From a virus (lineage: Duplodnaviria > Caudoviricetes), in the IMG/VR virus record IMGVR_UViG_3300025707_000484: 64,000 bases of DNA; one strand, 5' to 3'. The position numbers were made by a program, and so were the translations under genes. The notes beneath the pieces were generated by a model. That model saw only the letters and a program-made list of their open reading frames with translations, had not been told where the DNA came from and searched no databases. This document shows positions 1-9,369 of the stretch, one piece after another (within the stretch, counting starts at the first letter, position 1; each line of letters starts with the position of its first letter).

Positions 1-69
1 AAAACTCACTTTCTACTAAATTAATATATACTAAAGCGGCCAGGCCTGCTATATGTGCAAATCTCATAG

Positions 70-552
70 TTATAGCACTGTTACAACAGCACCTCGTCCT
101 AATCTATTAATTGTTTGATATTTTTCTGCTCTTGATCGTTCATCTTCAAAACTAATCATTCCATCACTATTATCAACATCAATATAATAGTTCATACCAT
201 GTATTCTAGTTTCTGTAGCATCAGGATCCGCTGGATCTGTTGCTACTATCATATTACCATGTATAGAAACAACTTGCCATTCTCTATAACCACCACCAGG
301 CTGTGCTACTCTAAACGTAGAACCCAGGCCCATTTGTTTAGTAATAAATTGGGTTTGTTCTGCTTCTGTAAATTTAGGTTTAATAACTAGGCCTTGTGAA
401 CTGTCTTTATCAATTCTTTTATCATTTAAATCAACAACAGTTTCAGTATTATCACCTTCATTACCTACCAAAGGTAATTCACTGCCTCGCACAGGGCCGG
501 CAATTGAATATTGTCCTTCAGTAATTGCTAAAAATAATTCTACTAGTTTCAT
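70..552 (-). CDS. hypothetical protein, capsid-targeting-like N-terminus (MKLVELF..TE)
   Basis: 160-aa ORF; start overlaps the stop of the upstream gene (ATGA). Confidence 0.75.
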   Translation of the reverse strand: MKLVELFLAITEGQYSIAGPVRGSELPLVGNEGDNTETVVDLNDKRIDKDSSQGLVIKPKFTEAEQTQFITKQMGLGSTFRVAQPGGGYREWQVVSIHGNMIVATDPADPDATETRIHGMNYYIDVDNSDGMISFEDERSRAEKYQTINRLGRGAVVTVL

Positions 553-821
553 TTTGACGCCGCGTTTAACTTTGTTTTCATTATACTCGCTGGATTTGTA
601 CGCATAGTTCTCTTTGACTTTCGTCTCATTTTAGAACCAATTTTTGCTTTAAGCATTTTCAATCTAAAACGTTTTTTAATATCTGGGGCCGCGAAACATT
701 GTGATGGTTTTGATACTATACGACTTTTGCGGCGACCTGACGTACAGCGATACTTACGAACGAGTTTATTGCCAACCCGCCCCCATGCCATTTTTGCTTC
801 AAAGAGTTCTTCTAAATACAT
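549..821 (-). CDS. small, highly basic protein (putative DNA-binding or internal head protein)
   Basis: 90 aa, K/R-rich, begins MYLEELFE; ATAAATA box at 830-836. Confidence 0.75.
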   Translation of the reverse strand: MYLEELFEAKMAWGRVGNKLVRKYRCTSGRRKSRIVSKPSQCFAAPDIKKRFRLKMLKAKIGSKMRRKSKRTMRTNPASIMKTKLNAASK

Positions 822-835
822 TGTATATGTATTTA

Positions 836-2017
836 TTAAAGTTTTACACCTTCCTTAAGAAGAACATTTCTAGAAATATATGCTAAAAATTGATGATAAA
901 GTTCTGTTGGATGGCTTAAATCTCTAGCATATGGATATTTAATATTTTCTTCTATACATTCTCTAGTTTGATTCTTAAAAAATTCTGATGCGTAATCCTT
1001 TACATCAATATAATTAATAACATTATCCAACTTATCAAATAACACTGTAGGTATATCTAAATCGTGCGATAATTCACGTTGTTTTGTACTTCCTAAATAT
1101 TTCATAGGTAATTTATTAATTGATGCATTAATTAATGTTTCAAATTCTAATCGAATTCTTTTTTCATGTTCTATCATATCATCTTGGCCAAAGCCTGCTA
1201 TCTTTTTATATGTAGAAAAACTATCATAAACTACAGAAAATGGATGAAATGATTTAAAAAGAATATTGTTATTTTCACAAATCTCGTTCATAATAGCATA
1301 ATTTTTAGTTAAATTATTATAATTTTCACAATTACTAGTTATTTGTTGATAATATGGCATATATTGTTCTCTACTAGGTAATACAGATTGATGGTTGTGT
1401 TGTAATTCACTAAGTATTACATCATCGTTTTTAAACACGTTAGATGATTCCATTTCTGTTAGGAAATATCTATTAACAAGTCTTCTTCCTGGATTTGTAG
1501 GGGACCACAAAACTATATCAGGTTTAATAATATCAATTAATTGATAAAGAGAAATAGCATTTAAATCTGCTGATGCACCAGGTATTGATATATTATACAC
1601 TTTTGCTTTATTAGATATATTGTTACACCAAACATCTTTATCATCAACACCAGTACCAAATGCTATACTACATCCTAATGTTAATATTTTCAAATCAGAA
1701 TCAGTATCAAATGGTTCAGACCTGTAACCATGAGCATTAAATGTGTAATTAATATCTTTATTATGATATTTAGGATTTAATTCTTTATGCTGTTTGTTTT
1801 TGTTATAATGTTCTTCTGAATCAGTGTCATGCCACTTATAGCTATGACTTTTTATACCATCATAAAAATTTTTATATAATTCATTCGCACTATCAGACAA
1901 AGACTCGTTACGGTTACGCTTATCCCAATTAACATACGTACTAAGAATTGGAGGTATGAACGGATTCCAAAAGTTTTTAGTCCATTGAGAAACATTATAT
2001 AATTCATCGAATTTCAT
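836..2017 (-). CDS. SGNH/GDSL hydrolase-like protein
   Basis: Block I LGCSIAFG, block II NISIPGAS, C-terminal DLSHP; ATG at 2017 follows ATAAATA (2024-2030). Confidence 0.7.
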   Translation of the reverse strand: MKFDELYNVSQWTKNFWNPFIPPILSTYVNWDKRNRNESLSDSANELYKNFYDGIKSHSYKWHDTDSEEHYNKNKQHKELNPKYHNKDINYTFNAHGYRSEPFDTDSDLKILTLGCSIAFGTGVDDKDVWCNNISNKAKVYNISIPGASADLNAISLYQLIDIIKPDIVLWSPTNPGRRLVNRYFLTEMESSNVFKNDDVILSELQHNHQSVLPSREQYMPYYQQITSNCENYNNLTKNYAIMNEICENNNILFKSFHPFSVVYDSFSTYKKIAGFGQDDMIEHEKRIRLEFETLINASINKLPMKYLGSTKQRELSHDLDIPTVLFDKLDNVINYIDVKDYASEFFKNQTRECIEENIKYPYARDLSHPTELYHQFLAYISRNVLLKEGVKL

Positions 2018-2029
2018 CAATGATATTTA

Positions 2030-2278
2030 TTATGCTACTGTTAATAGATAGACAACTGCGGAAAATAGAGCAGTAATAATGGAACCACTTAAAATATACA
2101 TAGATTTGTACTTATTTTTTTCGTTAACTAATAGACTATGTCTAATTTCATCGAGTTGTTGCTCAATGACCGTTAATCGACTTTCAATTCGTTCCATATT
2201 CTCCTCCAAGTAACCGTAGCGTTCACTGCAGATTTCTACGTGTGCCTCGAGGCTCTGTTTTTCAATATCTGATGGCAT
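2030..2278 (-). CDS. coiled-coil protein with a single C-terminal TM helix (holin/XhlA-like architecture)
   Basis: 82 aa; heptad region followed by hydrophobic ILSGSIITALFSAVVYLL. Confidence 0.6.
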   Translation of the reverse strand: MPSDIEKQSLEAHVEICSERYGYLEENMERIESRLTVIEQQLDEIRHSLLVNEKNKYKSMYILSGSIITALFSAVVYLLTVA

Positions 2279-2305
2279 AATAATCCTTTAATGTCATACA
2301 AAAAA

Positions 2306-2397
2306 TGCCTTCCGCCCGCCCTATATTATGTGCCTTTACAAATGCCAATCATTTCGCCTAAAATGAGCCTAAGTCTCTGCCTAGTATAATTATTTAT
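2306..2397 (-). promoter_or_regulatory. late promoter (ATAAATA, 2391-2397) followed by an AGGC-repeat 5' leader
   Basis: Plus-strand GCCT ending at 2310, 2335, 2359, 2370 and 2382, plus TGCC at 2343-2346; about 11-12 nt period. Confidence 0.55.
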
Positions 2398-2407
2398 GAA
2401 GGGTGGG

Positions 2408-2965
2408 TTACAGATTAAAAGGTATTTTTTCGTTTAGAACAAAATATATATTTTTATTACGAGGATTTATTGCTTCCCAGATTGGGGTTTTTAATTTGAT
2501 TGTTTCTGTTAAATTAACAATTACAGGAACATTTGTAAAATCATTTGTCAGGCCTGATAATGGTTGATCTTCTTGTCCCCGTTCAATATAAAGTCCAATT
2601 TGCTCCACAGTAAAAGAAGTAGACCAAAATATATGTTTTCCTTTATAAGAGGAACCAAAATCTAATTGCTTAATATTATCTACTGTATATTTGCGTGGAA
2701 GTTCAATATACATAGGATTACCACGTAAACTAATAGTTTGTATCAATGTCTCACAATTGCTTTGTTGATTTCTACTTTTATTCCAAGATTGTTCACTATT
2801 AACTATTTGATTTGCATCATCTACAAACGCAGGAACATCTGTTCTGTAAGGTGATACAACACCAGATTGTGTAATATCTATTAATGTGTATATGGTAATA
2901 AACTCGCCAACGCCACTTCCAAACTTGCCTTCGCCAGCAATACCATGTGCTCTTTCTTTTGCCAT
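2408..2965 (-). CDS. hypothetical protein (probable virion protein)
   Basis: 185-aa ORF; CTAAATA box at 2992-2998. Confidence 0.7.
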   Translation of the reverse strand: MAKERAHGIAGEGKFGSGVGEFITIYTLIDITQSGVVSPYRTDVPAFVDDANQIVNSEQSWNKSRNQQSNCETLIQTISLRGNPMYIELPRKYTVDNIKQLDFGSSYKGKHIFWSTSFTVEQIGLYIERGQEDQPLSGLTNDFTNVPVIVNLTETIKLKTPIWEAINPRNKNIYFVLNEKIPFNL

Positions 2966-3005
2966 AACTTACCTATAATATGCTATTATAATATTTAGTG
3001 CAGGC

Positions 3006-3033
3006 AAAAAAAAGCGGAGGATAAGTCCTCCGC
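3006..3033 (-). terminator. intrinsic terminator
   Basis: Stem GCGGAGGA/TCCTCCGC with a 4-nt loop, followed by T8 on the minus strand. Confidence 0.85.
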
Positions 3034-3090
3034 TCTTTAAAATTACTAGTCTCTAGAAATTTCTAAAAACTGGGTGATTTTACGCTAATC

Positions 3091-3417
3091 TTATACAAAT
3101 GTTAGTGCTGAAATTATAACAACTGTTAAGGCCTGTGCGGCTACTGCATCTAAAGCTGCCTCTAGTGCTGTAAAATTTGTGCCTGTACCAGCTGCTACGT
3201 GTGCATCACAACCTGAAACGCCTACTATGACGCCTGCGGCTGTTGCTGTGCCTACAACTTCAATTGTTGCATATGATGAAATTGCTCGCAAAACTGCTGC
3301 CATATCTGCGTTTGCTGTGAAGTCACCACCTGTTGATTTCAACCATGTAATATCACGACCAATAAGTTCTACTGGATCATGAACATTGGATAACGCATTA
3401 TTTGTTAAACTTGCCAT
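3091..3417 (-). CDS. small Ala-rich protein, probably abundant virion/capsid decoration protein
   Basis: Strong SD (AGGAG), its own ATAAATA box (3470-3476) and its own terminator. Confidence 0.65.
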   Translation of the reverse strand: MASLTNNALSNVHDPVELIGRDITWLKSTGGDFTANADMAAVLRAISSYATIEVVGTATAAGVIVGVSGCDAHVAAGTGTNFTALEAALDAVAAQALTVVIISALTFV

Positions 3418-3506
3418 TTTTAAATCTCCTATATCTTGTAGTGTGTAAACTAATTTACACCGTTAATATTATTTATCTCAAAAATAGAAAATTATTGGCT
3501 GTTATT

Positions 3507-4253
3507 TTACTTCTTCTTAGCACCAAAAGTATAATCAAAATCAGTATCTTGATAGCCAGTTATCCCTTTTGCTAGTTTCTTACCCAACCAATAACCAGCA
3601 ACACCGGAGGCGGCCGCCGCCGCGGCTTTTGCACCAAAGGATGTTTTTCCTGCTATTTCAGAATTATGTACATCTTTAAGCTCATAACCACCCTTACGAA
3701 CAAATGTTTCATATGGACTACGTAAATCACTACGAGCAGACTTTGATCTTATTGCTTGTAATAAACGAGTTGTACTTAATTTACGTTCACTACCAAGCAG
3801 TCTATTCCAATCACTCAATAATCTTCGTGTTGCACTATATTGAGCATTATGAATACCTAAATTTCGCTCTAAACTCATTAAAAATTGTTTATCAAAATTT
3901 GGATTTACTTTACCACTTGCCACTTGCCGCAAATATTGTTTAAATTGTAATATTGGTATATTTGCTCTTCCAGCAGGACCTATTTTATCAACATATCTAT
4001 CTGCTTGATTAAAAACAGCGACCCAATTATGTAAATCTGTAGCAGTAGTACGAATATTATCAAAACCAGGATTCATCATTGTTTTTTTAGCATATTCTTG
4101 TGCAAATTTCATTGAATTAGGATCATGCCGCATTGCCTGAAGTGATAAAACATTCATATAAATGTTTTCTGCCACTTGCTCAGCACTCATATTTTTCAAT
4201 CCACGTTGATTACGTAATGCTTTTGATTCGTATAAATCTTTAATAAATCCCAT
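3507..4253 (-). CDS. hypothetical protein (putative internal virion protein)
   Basis: 248 aa, begins MGFIKDLYES; GTAAATA box 5 nt upstream. Confidence 0.75.
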   Translation of the reverse strand: MGFIKDLYESKALRNQRGLKNMSAEQVAENIYMNVLSLQAMRHDPNSMKFAQEYAKKTMMNPGFDNIRTTATDLHNWVAVFNQADRYVDKIGPAGRANIPILQFKQYLRQVASGKVNPNFDKQFLMSLERNLGIHNAQYSATRRLLSDWNRLLGSERKLSTTRLLQAIRSKSARSDLRSPYETFVRKGGYELKDVHNSEIAGKTSFGAKAAAAAASGVAGYWLGKKLAKGITGYQDTDFDYTFGAKKK

Positions 4254-4261
4254 AATACTAT

Positions 4262-5527
4262 TTACCCTCCTGCCAGGAAGTTACGTCGTGAAAATTCCAA
4301 TCTATTAATTAATTTTACAGCGCCACCAACATGGTCTATTGCTACAAATCCTTCTGGACCGGCAACTTCATAACCATTATCTGTTTTATAAAATGCTTGT
4401 ATGCCTTCTATAGCATTAAGTTTTTTCATTAATATTGACTTAACTTGTATAATTTGTTTATAAACTGCCAATATTGCCAGCAACGTGTTACTATTATCTT
4501 CAATAAATGCCCTAGTTGCTTCTATTTTATTAATACGTGCTTCGGCGGCCGGACTCCATCCTGATGCTGTTTTATCAGAAGCACCACCATCTTTAAGTTT
4601 ATCTATTTCTGCTTGCTTTTTACTATCATAGTAATCAATGAATTCTTTCAAAAAAGCATTAGCATTTCCAACTTGTGGTCGGTCTGCTCTAATTTTACTA
4701 TTAACAAATGGTTCAATATGTTCTCTAAACTCTTCATTGTTCATTAGTGTATTAAATCTATTTGCATTTATTTTTTGCAAAATTCCTTGTAATTTATCAA
4801 GTCCATTTGCTACTTGTGCTGTTTCACGTCCAGTCATTGTAGCACGACCAGTTAAATCTCTATAATCAGCATCTTGTGACCATACATTTTTATTTCCTAC
4901 AGGGGCGGCCGCACCAAATGATGCTGTCAAATCTGACATCTCAGGACCACCACTATATAATGTGTGCCATACAACACCAATCTCAGCCGCAAGTAATTCT
5001 TTTGCTAAATCACTGCCCGCTGGAACAGCATATGCTATTTCATTTGGTTTAAAAACAACATATGACTCACCATCTATATCTTCAGTTGTCAAATCACCTT
5101 TAGTAAACATAATATCGCCTTGCAATATACCGTCAAAATTAAGTTTACGCAAATGTTTTAATGCTATATTTAATTTATGTGCTAAACCTGGTATTTTACC
5201 ATGATTTTTTCTAATATCTGCAGGAGTTTTATTTAATAATGGAGTAGCATTAAATACACTTTTTGTTCCTACAAAAAACTTACCATCTTTAGGATCATTA
5301 CCAGCAATTACAGCAGGCTTACCATCCCATTTTACAGATATTCTACCCGCTTCGCTTGTTCCTGCTAACATTTCTGCTGTTTGTGCAAGATGATTTATTG
5401 CTTTTTTTACACCTTGGTAACCTTGATAAAATACTAAATCCTCTATATGAGTCATATGAGTATTTTTGCCGCCAGTATCTTCAACGATCATCCATTTACA
5501 TTCACCTTGAACTTCAAATAGTTTCAC
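4262..5527 (-). CDS. DUF6267-like phage protein with ligase/nucleotidyltransferase-type motifs
   Basis: HMTHIED, SVKWDG (KxDG), LQGDIMF, PEGFV and AVKL motifs. Confidence 0.65.
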   Translation of the reverse strand: MKLFEVQGECKWMIVEDTGGKNTHMTHIEDLVFYQGYQGVKKAINHLAQTAEMLAGTSEAGRISVKWDGKPAVIAGNDPKDGKFFVGTKSVFNATPLLNKTPADIRKNHGKIPGLAHKLNIALKHLRKLNFDGILQGDIMFTKGDLTTEDIDGESYVVFKPNEIAYAVPAGSDLAKELLAAEIGVVWHTLYSGGPEMSDLTASFGAAAPVGNKNVWSQDADYRDLTGRATMTGRETAQVANGLDKLQGILQKINANRFNTLMNNEEFREHIEPFVNSKIRADRPQVGNANAFLKEFIDYYDSKKQAEIDKLKDGGASDKTASGWSPAAEARINKIEATRAFIEDNSNTLLAILAVYKQIIQVKSILMKKLNAIEGIQAFYKTDNGYEVAGPEGFVAIDHVGGAVKLINRLEFSRRNFLAGG

Positions 5528-5835
5528 TGATCGTCCTCGCCTCCAATCCGTGATGTTCGTCCTTGGCGAGTTGTTCTATCACTTGTACGCAACCCAGGTT
5601 TCTTAGACGTAACTTTTGGTTTTGCTAGATTTGCCAGATTCGACTCTGGCTGCTGGTAGAGCTGGTTGATATGATCATCACTACCAATACCAGTTATATT
5701 TTTAAAACCAGCCCACGCACCACTAGGTAATTTTTTTAAATAATTTAAAATATTATTTCCAACCTTACCTTCCCAATCATGTGATCCTGACGCGAGAAAT
5801 CCATGGTCTTCTTTTATAAAGTCTTTTGCTCTCAT
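5524..5835 (-). CDS. hypothetical protein, capsid-targeting-like N-terminus MRAKDFIKE
   Basis: 103 aa, translationally coupled on both sides. Confidence 0.7.
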   Translation of the reverse strand: MRAKDFIKEDHGFLASGSHDWEGKVGNNILNYLKKLPSGAWAGFKNITGIGSDDHINQLYQQPESNLANLAKPKVTSKKPGLRTSDRTTRQGRTSRIGGEDDQ

Positions 5836-6086
5836 ATATCTACACCCTGCATAATATCTAAAAGTTCTGTAACAGCATTGCTGAAACGTGCTTTAGATTC
5901 AGGATCAAGCTTCGGGTCTTCCCAATCAACTTTTACCCATCTATCTACAATATGTTCTAATTCTTGTGACATTTCATCAACAATACCACTAGTCTTACCT
6001 GTAGGTATACGTGAAGATATTGAGTGAGGTCTATCTATGTGTATGTTAGATGTATCTGAGAAATCAGATATTTCATTCAATCTCAT
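5832..6086 (-). CDS. hypothetical protein (start corrected to MRLNEIS)
   Basis: ATG at 6086 overlaps the end of the upstream gene and gives the family N-terminal motif. Confidence 0.6.
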   Translation of the reverse strand: MRLNEISDFSDTSNIHIDRPHSISSRIPTGKTSGIVDEMSQELEHIVDRWVKVDWEDPKLDPESKARFSNAVTELLDIMQGVDI

Positions 6087-6327
6087 TGTCACCAGCCTTA
6101 CGTATGCTACGGATAAACTTTTTATTATCCTGTCCACGTATGCTGTTAAGAAGACGGCGTTCTAGCTCAGAAGCAACTTCATGATCATAGTGTTCATGTA
6201 TAATATTAACTAAATTAATAGCACTATCAATGATATGAATAGCACGACTTTCTATGATCGCACTTTTATTGTGATCCTTATACAAGGAATTCAATTCTTC
6301 TAATATTGTTCTAGTCTTACGTTTCAT
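6073..6327 (-). CDS. conserved-looking small helical phage protein
   Basis: MKRKTRTILEEL...; CTAAATA at 6356-6362. Confidence 0.65.
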   Translation of the reverse strand: MKRKTRTILEELNSLYKDHNKSAIIESRAIHIIDSAINLVNIIHEHYDHEVASELERRLLNSIRGQDNKKFIRSIRKAGDNEIE

Positions 6328-6377
6328 TGTCATATGTGTCACATTATGTTTATTATATTTAGTTAAATTGTGACCCA

Positions 6378-6866
6378 TCAATTATCAAATTTAGACTGTT
6401 TACGTATTGCCCACCTACCAAAAGGGCGGACTGACCAAAAACAGGAAAATATTTTCCAATTCGGAATGGTAGGATCAGCATCATCCATGCCTCTCCTAAA
6501 CACATTATCAGCTTGGGCCCGCAATACTTTTACAGTTTGTGGATTCAATCCTTTTACTGCCACAGTTTTACGCAATGCACCATATAATACATCGTGTATT
6601 ACCGCCGCCCTTGCAATATCCCAAGGTGATATAATATTCCACATAATGCGATGTATAGATGCTAAATCTGTTTGATACCCAACTGGTGCTGTAATTAAAA
6701 TAGTGGTTGGTGTAGTTTTTACATCTACATTTAAATTTGTCCAACTAGAAACCCATTCGTCCATCCCAGCACTTCTACTTTTTTCTAATTCATAGGTAAG
6801 TGGTTGAGTAAGTACCCAATATTTTGGTCCATGAAATTCAGCTTCTAATAAACCATGCCATGCCAT
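6378..6866 (-). CDS. DUF1353-family protein
   Basis: YQTDLASI...W and AAVIHDVLY motifs; TATAAATA near 6931-6938 favours the internal start MAWHG. Confidence 0.75.
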   Translation of the reverse strand: MAWHGLLEAEFHGPKYWVLTQPLTYELEKSRSAGMDEWVSSWTNLNVDVKTTPTTILITAPVGYQTDLASIHRIMWNIISPWDIARAAVIHDVLYGALRKTVAVKGLNPQTVKVLRAQADNVFRRGMDDADPTIPNWKIFSCFWSVRPFGRWAIRKQSKFDN

Positions 6867-6933
6867 TTTTGATGCTCCTAAATAAATTCTCATGGCGGGA
6901 TGATTCTTCATCGACAAGTTCCGCCAATGGTAT

Positions 6934-8349
6934 TTATATGTCATCTGAAGCACTCATATTACGTAATAAAGATCTTATTTTGCTTCCACTTGCTTCAGCA
7001 GTTACTTTAGGTGTATCCTCATTAGGTTGTACTGTTGCACTTCTGTTTATTCTGTCAAATATATTTGTTGATTGTGATTGTGTTGCTGTATAAGAAGTAT
7101 CTTCTTCTGGTTGTGCATCTTCTCCCAAGTCTCGTATACGCAAACTGCTTATATCAAATTCCAAATCTACTTTAGAACCAACACCGCTACTACTTCTTGT
7201 TTTCATAAACTGTACTTGATAACGTCCACGCTCACGCATTGCTCTACTTGTAAAAATACCAATAACATTATCTGCTGTATTAATTTTACTAATACCACCT
7301 GCAATGTGACTATGATCAAATTCTATTTCGTCTACTGCACTTCTGTTTAACTGCGATGCTGTGACAAATACAACATCTAACTCTTTGGATAAGTTACGCA
7401 GTTCTTCTGCAACATACTTGTCTTTAACATATAAATCACTTGGTGCTACTTTAGTGCTTATTGGCATACACAAATCTAAATAATCTACTAACACTACGTC
7501 TGCTTTCATACCTTTTTGCACATTTAATTCTTTTATATAACTGCGAAAGTCATTAATGTTACTTTGTGCTGGCATATATTTTATTTGCAAGCTGCCTGCT
7601 TTTTTACTTACAAGTTTAATTTTCATTTCAACAGTATCCAAATCCTTAAATATTTGGTTTGTCGGAATATTAGATATCATACTGTCAATTCGCATTGCTG
7701 TTAATTCCTCACTCAACTCCAATGTAAAATATAATACATTGAGTCCTGCAAGTATCCAATTAACTGAGAGATTTTGCATAAACAAACTCTTACCACTGCC
7801 ACTACCACCAGCAAATATTTGTAACTCACCTCTATTAAATCCACCAAACAATTTTCTATCAAACATTTCCCAACCAGTGCTAACTTGCCCATTACTTGTT
7901 TTTAAATTCATCAAACGTTCACGCGGATTGTCCCAATAATCAGTTCCCATGTCTGTTGTAAGGCCAACCTGCACAGCTTCCTTAATTTTGGCCTCTACTA
8001 ACCCATAATCACCTTTCTCTAACAAATCCGCACTGTCTAATATCGCTCGTTCTAATTCTTTATGCCTACTAAATTGTTCAAACTCGTCTAATAACCAATT
8101 ACTATGCTCTTCTAATTGATCCATTACAATATCTTGTAATTTAGAACCTGTTTTGCTGTTTATTTGCTTTACTTCTGGCAATGCCTTATATTCATCTACA
8201 TAATTTAAAACAAAAGTTGCTATTGGACGCAAACTTCTATCAAAATTCTGTGGATTAAATATATTTTGCACCCTAACAAATGCTTCTGGATTGCTTACTA
8301 GCATTTCCAAGTATAATTTCTGTAATTCTACGTTATATTCTTTATTCAT
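6934..8349 (-). CDS. gp41: replicative DNA helicase (T4 gp41/DnaB-like)
   Basis: Walker A GGSGSGKS, VLVDYLDL, TASQLNR. Confidence 0.95.
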   Translation of the reverse strand: MNKEYNVELQKLYLEMLVSNPEAFVRVQNIFNPQNFDRSLRPIATFVLNYVDEYKALPEVKQINSKTGSKLQDIVMDQLEEHSNWLLDEFEQFSRHKELERAILDSADLLEKGDYGLVEAKIKEAVQVGLTTDMGTDYWDNPRERLMNLKTSNGQVSTGWEMFDRKLFGGFNRGELQIFAGGSGSGKSLFMQNLSVNWILAGLNVLYFTLELSEELTAMRIDSMISNIPTNQIFKDLDTVEMKIKLVSKKAGSLQIKYMPAQSNINDFRSYIKELNVQKGMKADVVLVDYLDLCMPISTKVAPSDLYVKDKYVAEELRNLSKELDVVFVTASQLNRSAVDEIEFDHSHIAGGISKINTADNVIGIFTSRAMRERGRYQVQFMKTRSSSGVGSKVDLEFDISSLRIRDLGEDAQPEEDTSYTATQSQSTNIFDRINRSATVQPNEDTPKVTAEASGSKIRSLLRNMSASDDI

Positions 8350-8362
8350 ATACTATAATTAT

Positions 8363-9334
8363 CTATATTTGTAATCGTTTTTGATGTAATTGGATTTTAA
8401 GCCTTGTAGATTGGACATTATCCAATATATTCTTTAATGTAAATATTTTACCATAATTTAATACTGATTCATTTATATCCTTGCAAGTATCATACCAAGT
8501 TGGAAAACTAACGTCCCAATTATATTTTAATGCTTGTGTTATAAGTTTATTGCCAGCACTATCATTGTCTGGCATCATTATTACTTGTTTATTTAAACTT
8601 TCTATTAAATCTACCTGGGCATCACCAATATCACTACCCAATATTGCAACACCATCTACAGCGATTGCATCAAATGGGCCTTCTGTTACTATAACAAACT
8701 TACGATCTTCAGTTTGCCTGTCCATATTAAACACATAACCTGCAGGCGTACTTGTAAAATATTTTGGATTACCCTTAACTGCTAGTCGTGCTGTGTATCC
8801 TACTATTTCACCTTGCCAAAAGAATGGAATAATTACACGCCTGTCAAATTTTGTCTCTGTAATTGGTGTCCAGTAATATGGATAATCATTTTCATCCAAT
8901 CCGCGCTTATGTAAATATTCTAATATAAGTTTATTATCAGACGCTAATGGACTGCTTTGCTCTGGAAAGTCTTTCTTCTCAAAATTAAATTCAACTTCCT
9001 CTGGAATTAAATTTTGTTCAATTGCTGTCTCTTTTAATTGTATAGCAGTTAATACAAGACGCTTTATATCAGATTCCGGAGTGCCAAGCCAATCCATCAA
9101 TTGCCGTAGTTTACGACTTAATGGTCTGCCCGGTTGCCAGCCTGTTTTATACCCACAATTAAAGCAATTATACGATATTGCCTCTCCGTTAAGTATAATA
9201 CCGCCTCTACCACGTTTGTCTTGCGTTTCTCCGTTATGAACACAGCACGGAGCATTAAAGGATTGCCAACCACTAGAACTTTTCTTTACCCTTCCTGGTA
9301 AATTGCTCATAATGACTGACTGTATTTGATTCAT
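8363..9334 (-). CDS. DNA primase (Zn finger plus TOPRIM)
   Basis: YNCFNCG Zn ribbon, VTEGPFDA, MPDNDSAG. Confidence 0.9.
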   Translation of the reverse strand: MNQIQSVIMSNLPGRVKKSSSGWQSFNAPCCVHNGETQDKRGRGGIILNGEAISYNCFNCGYKTGWQPGRPLSRKLRQLMDWLGTPESDIKRLVLTAIQLKETAIEQNLIPEEVEFNFEKKDFPEQSSPLASDNKLILEYLHKRGLDENDYPYYWTPITETKFDRRVIIPFFWQGEIVGYTARLAVKGNPKYFTSTPAGYVFNMDRQTEDRKFVIVTEGPFDAIAVDGVAILGSDIGDAQVDLIESLNKQVIMMPDNDSAGNKLITQALKYNWDVSFPTWYDTCKDINESVLNYGKIFTLKNILDNVQSTRLKIQLHQKRLQI

Positions 9335-9340
9335 ACAGTT

Positions 9341-9369
9341 ATTATATAGGAATTACTACTAGAAGTCAA
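9341..9369 (-). promoter_or_regulatory. sigma70-type promoter for primase (predicted leaderless mRNA)
   Basis: TTGACT-17 nt-TATAAT, then 6 nt to the ATG. Confidence 0.75.

Noticed and set aside
5-67. 20-codon minus-strand ORF MRFAHIAGLAALVYINLVEK directly after the 70-552 gene
   Set aside because: Too short and at the window edge; cannot be supported without homologues
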